In this document: one piece after another, positions 31,284 to 32,000 of the stretch
Numbering within the stretch: position 1 is the stretch's first letter
Layout of the letters: every line of letters begins with the position of its first letter
NCBI GenBank assembly: GCA_015257795.3
Contig: CP072208.2
Span: 150,001 to 182,000, forward strand
Reading direction: 5' to 3'
Source: Candidatus Nanogingivalaceae bacterium
GTDB lineage: Bacteria > Patescibacteriota > Saccharimonadia > Saccharimonadales > Saccharimonadaceae
Length of the DNA stretch: 32,000 nucleotides
Program-made: the position numbers and the translations under genes
The notes under the pieces: generated by a model
Database searches by the model: none
Seen by the model: the letters and a program-made list of their open reading frames with translations, nothing else
What the model was told of the DNA's origin: nothing

Positions 31284-32000
31284 ATGAAAATTGCATTAAT
31301 TGGTTTTGGCCTTGAAACAAAAAGTGCTTACGAATATTTTAAAAAGTTAGATAAAAATACCGTTTTTGAGGTTTACGATGAACATGAAAACGGAAAGCTC
31401 AAATTACCAGAAGGCGTGGAATTTTTTGGTAATTTTCACGATTTTTCAAAAATTCAGGCAGATTTAATCGTACGAACTCCTGCAGTTAACCCTTCACGAT
31501 TGCCAAAAAATGTTAAAGTCACATCTGTTACGAATTTATTTTTCGAAAACTGCCCAGCACCAATTATTGGTGTGACGGGTTCAAAAGGTAAGGGTACGGT
31601 CTCGAGTTTTATTGCCGAAATTCTGCGAGCCGCAGGATTGAGAACCCACTTACTCGGTAATATTGGTATCCCTGCGCTAGATAAAATAAATGAAATCAAC
31701 GATCAGGATGTGGTTGTTTATGAATTAAGTAGTTTTCAGCTTTGGGATGCGCAAAAATCGCCGCACATTTCGATTTTAAACAATATTGAACCAGATCATC
31801 TAGACGTTCATAATGATTTCGAAGATTATGTTCAGGCCAAATTGAATATTGCAAAAAACCAAAAAGAAGGTGATTTCTTTATATTTAACCAAGAAAATTC
31901 AACGGTTTTGAATATGGTAGAAAGAATAAAATCAAACTTAAAATCCGAACTTCAACCATTTCCGAATTATGATCTGGCGCATGTTCAGGATGGTTATTTC
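31284..32000 (+). CDS. murD: UDP-N-acetylmuramoylalanine--D-glutamate ligase, 5' part (runs off the window)
   Basis: This ORF is not in the ORF track because it has no stop; I translated it by hand. It reads MKIALIGFG.., with the P-loop GVTGSKGKGT, ELSSFQLW and NIEPDHLDVH, which are Mur-ligase/MurD signatures. Confidence 0.9.
   Translation, partial: MKIALIGFGLETKSAYEYFKKLDKNTVFEVYDEHENGKLKLPEGVEFFGNFHDFSKIQADLIVRTPAVNPSRLPKNVKVTSVTNLFFENCPAPIIGVTGSKGKGTVSSFIAEILRAAGLRTHLLGNIGIPALDKINEINDQDVVVYELSSFQLWDAQKSPHISILNNIEPDHLDVHNDFEDYVQAKLNIAKNQKEGDFFIFNQENSTVLNMVERIKSNLKSELQPFPNYDLAHVQDGYF

Noticed and set aside
1-32000. Possible alternative genetic code (UGA recoding as in some CPR lineages).
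   Set aside because: Conserved proteins are full length under the standard code. TGA closes ORFs at sensible ends (7117..7119, 14531..14533), each followed by a spacer or SD. No in-frame TGA interrupts conserved domains.
1-32000. CRISPR arrays or long tandem or interspersed repeats.
   Set aside because: I saw no regularly spaced direct repeats of 25-40 bp. The only recurrent elements are the short TTCGAA palindrome, the NrdR-type boxes and promoter hexamers.

Overview
This is an AT-rich (roughly 35-40% GC by eye), very gene-dense bacterial chromosome segment that reads cleanly in the standard genetic code. Most of it is + strand housekeeping genes: htrA, prfA-prmC (- strand), ung, rpmE (- strand), rpsB-tsf, serS, nrdH, hpf, secA, an M16 peptidase, xseA-xseB, frr, rseP, a CPBP protease, greA, proS, ldhA and the 5' part of murD. 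Between them sit secreted or envelope proteins and small orphan genes, four of which are antisense monocistronic units. I found no rRNA, tRNA, CRISPR array, transposase or integrase. Several features suggest a reduced-genome monoderm-type organism, possibly a CPR/Patescibacteria (Saccharibacteria-like) lineage; this is inference only. Those features are the Firmicute-like frr..rseP..proS order without uppS-cdsA-dxr, a ProRS lacking the INS editing domain, D-LDH, sortase-type surface proteins and many orphans. The main hunt results are: (1) a strong over-representation of the palindrome TTTCGAAA (core TTCGAA) across coding frames, both strands and intergenic DNA, which no annotated feature explains; (2) a 938-aa secreted, Cys-repeat, polytopic, VirB6/TrbL-like membrane protein next to a DUF2207 protein; (3) a non-canonical cell-wall sorting signal, KAPNTG, on two surface proteins; (4) tandem NrdR-type boxes 31 bp apart in front of a stand-alone nrdH; (5) a stereotyped promoter-to-ATG spacing implying leaderless mRNAs for at least seven genes; (6) several self-contained orphan gene units. 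All counts and coordinates were worked out by hand and need computational confirmation.
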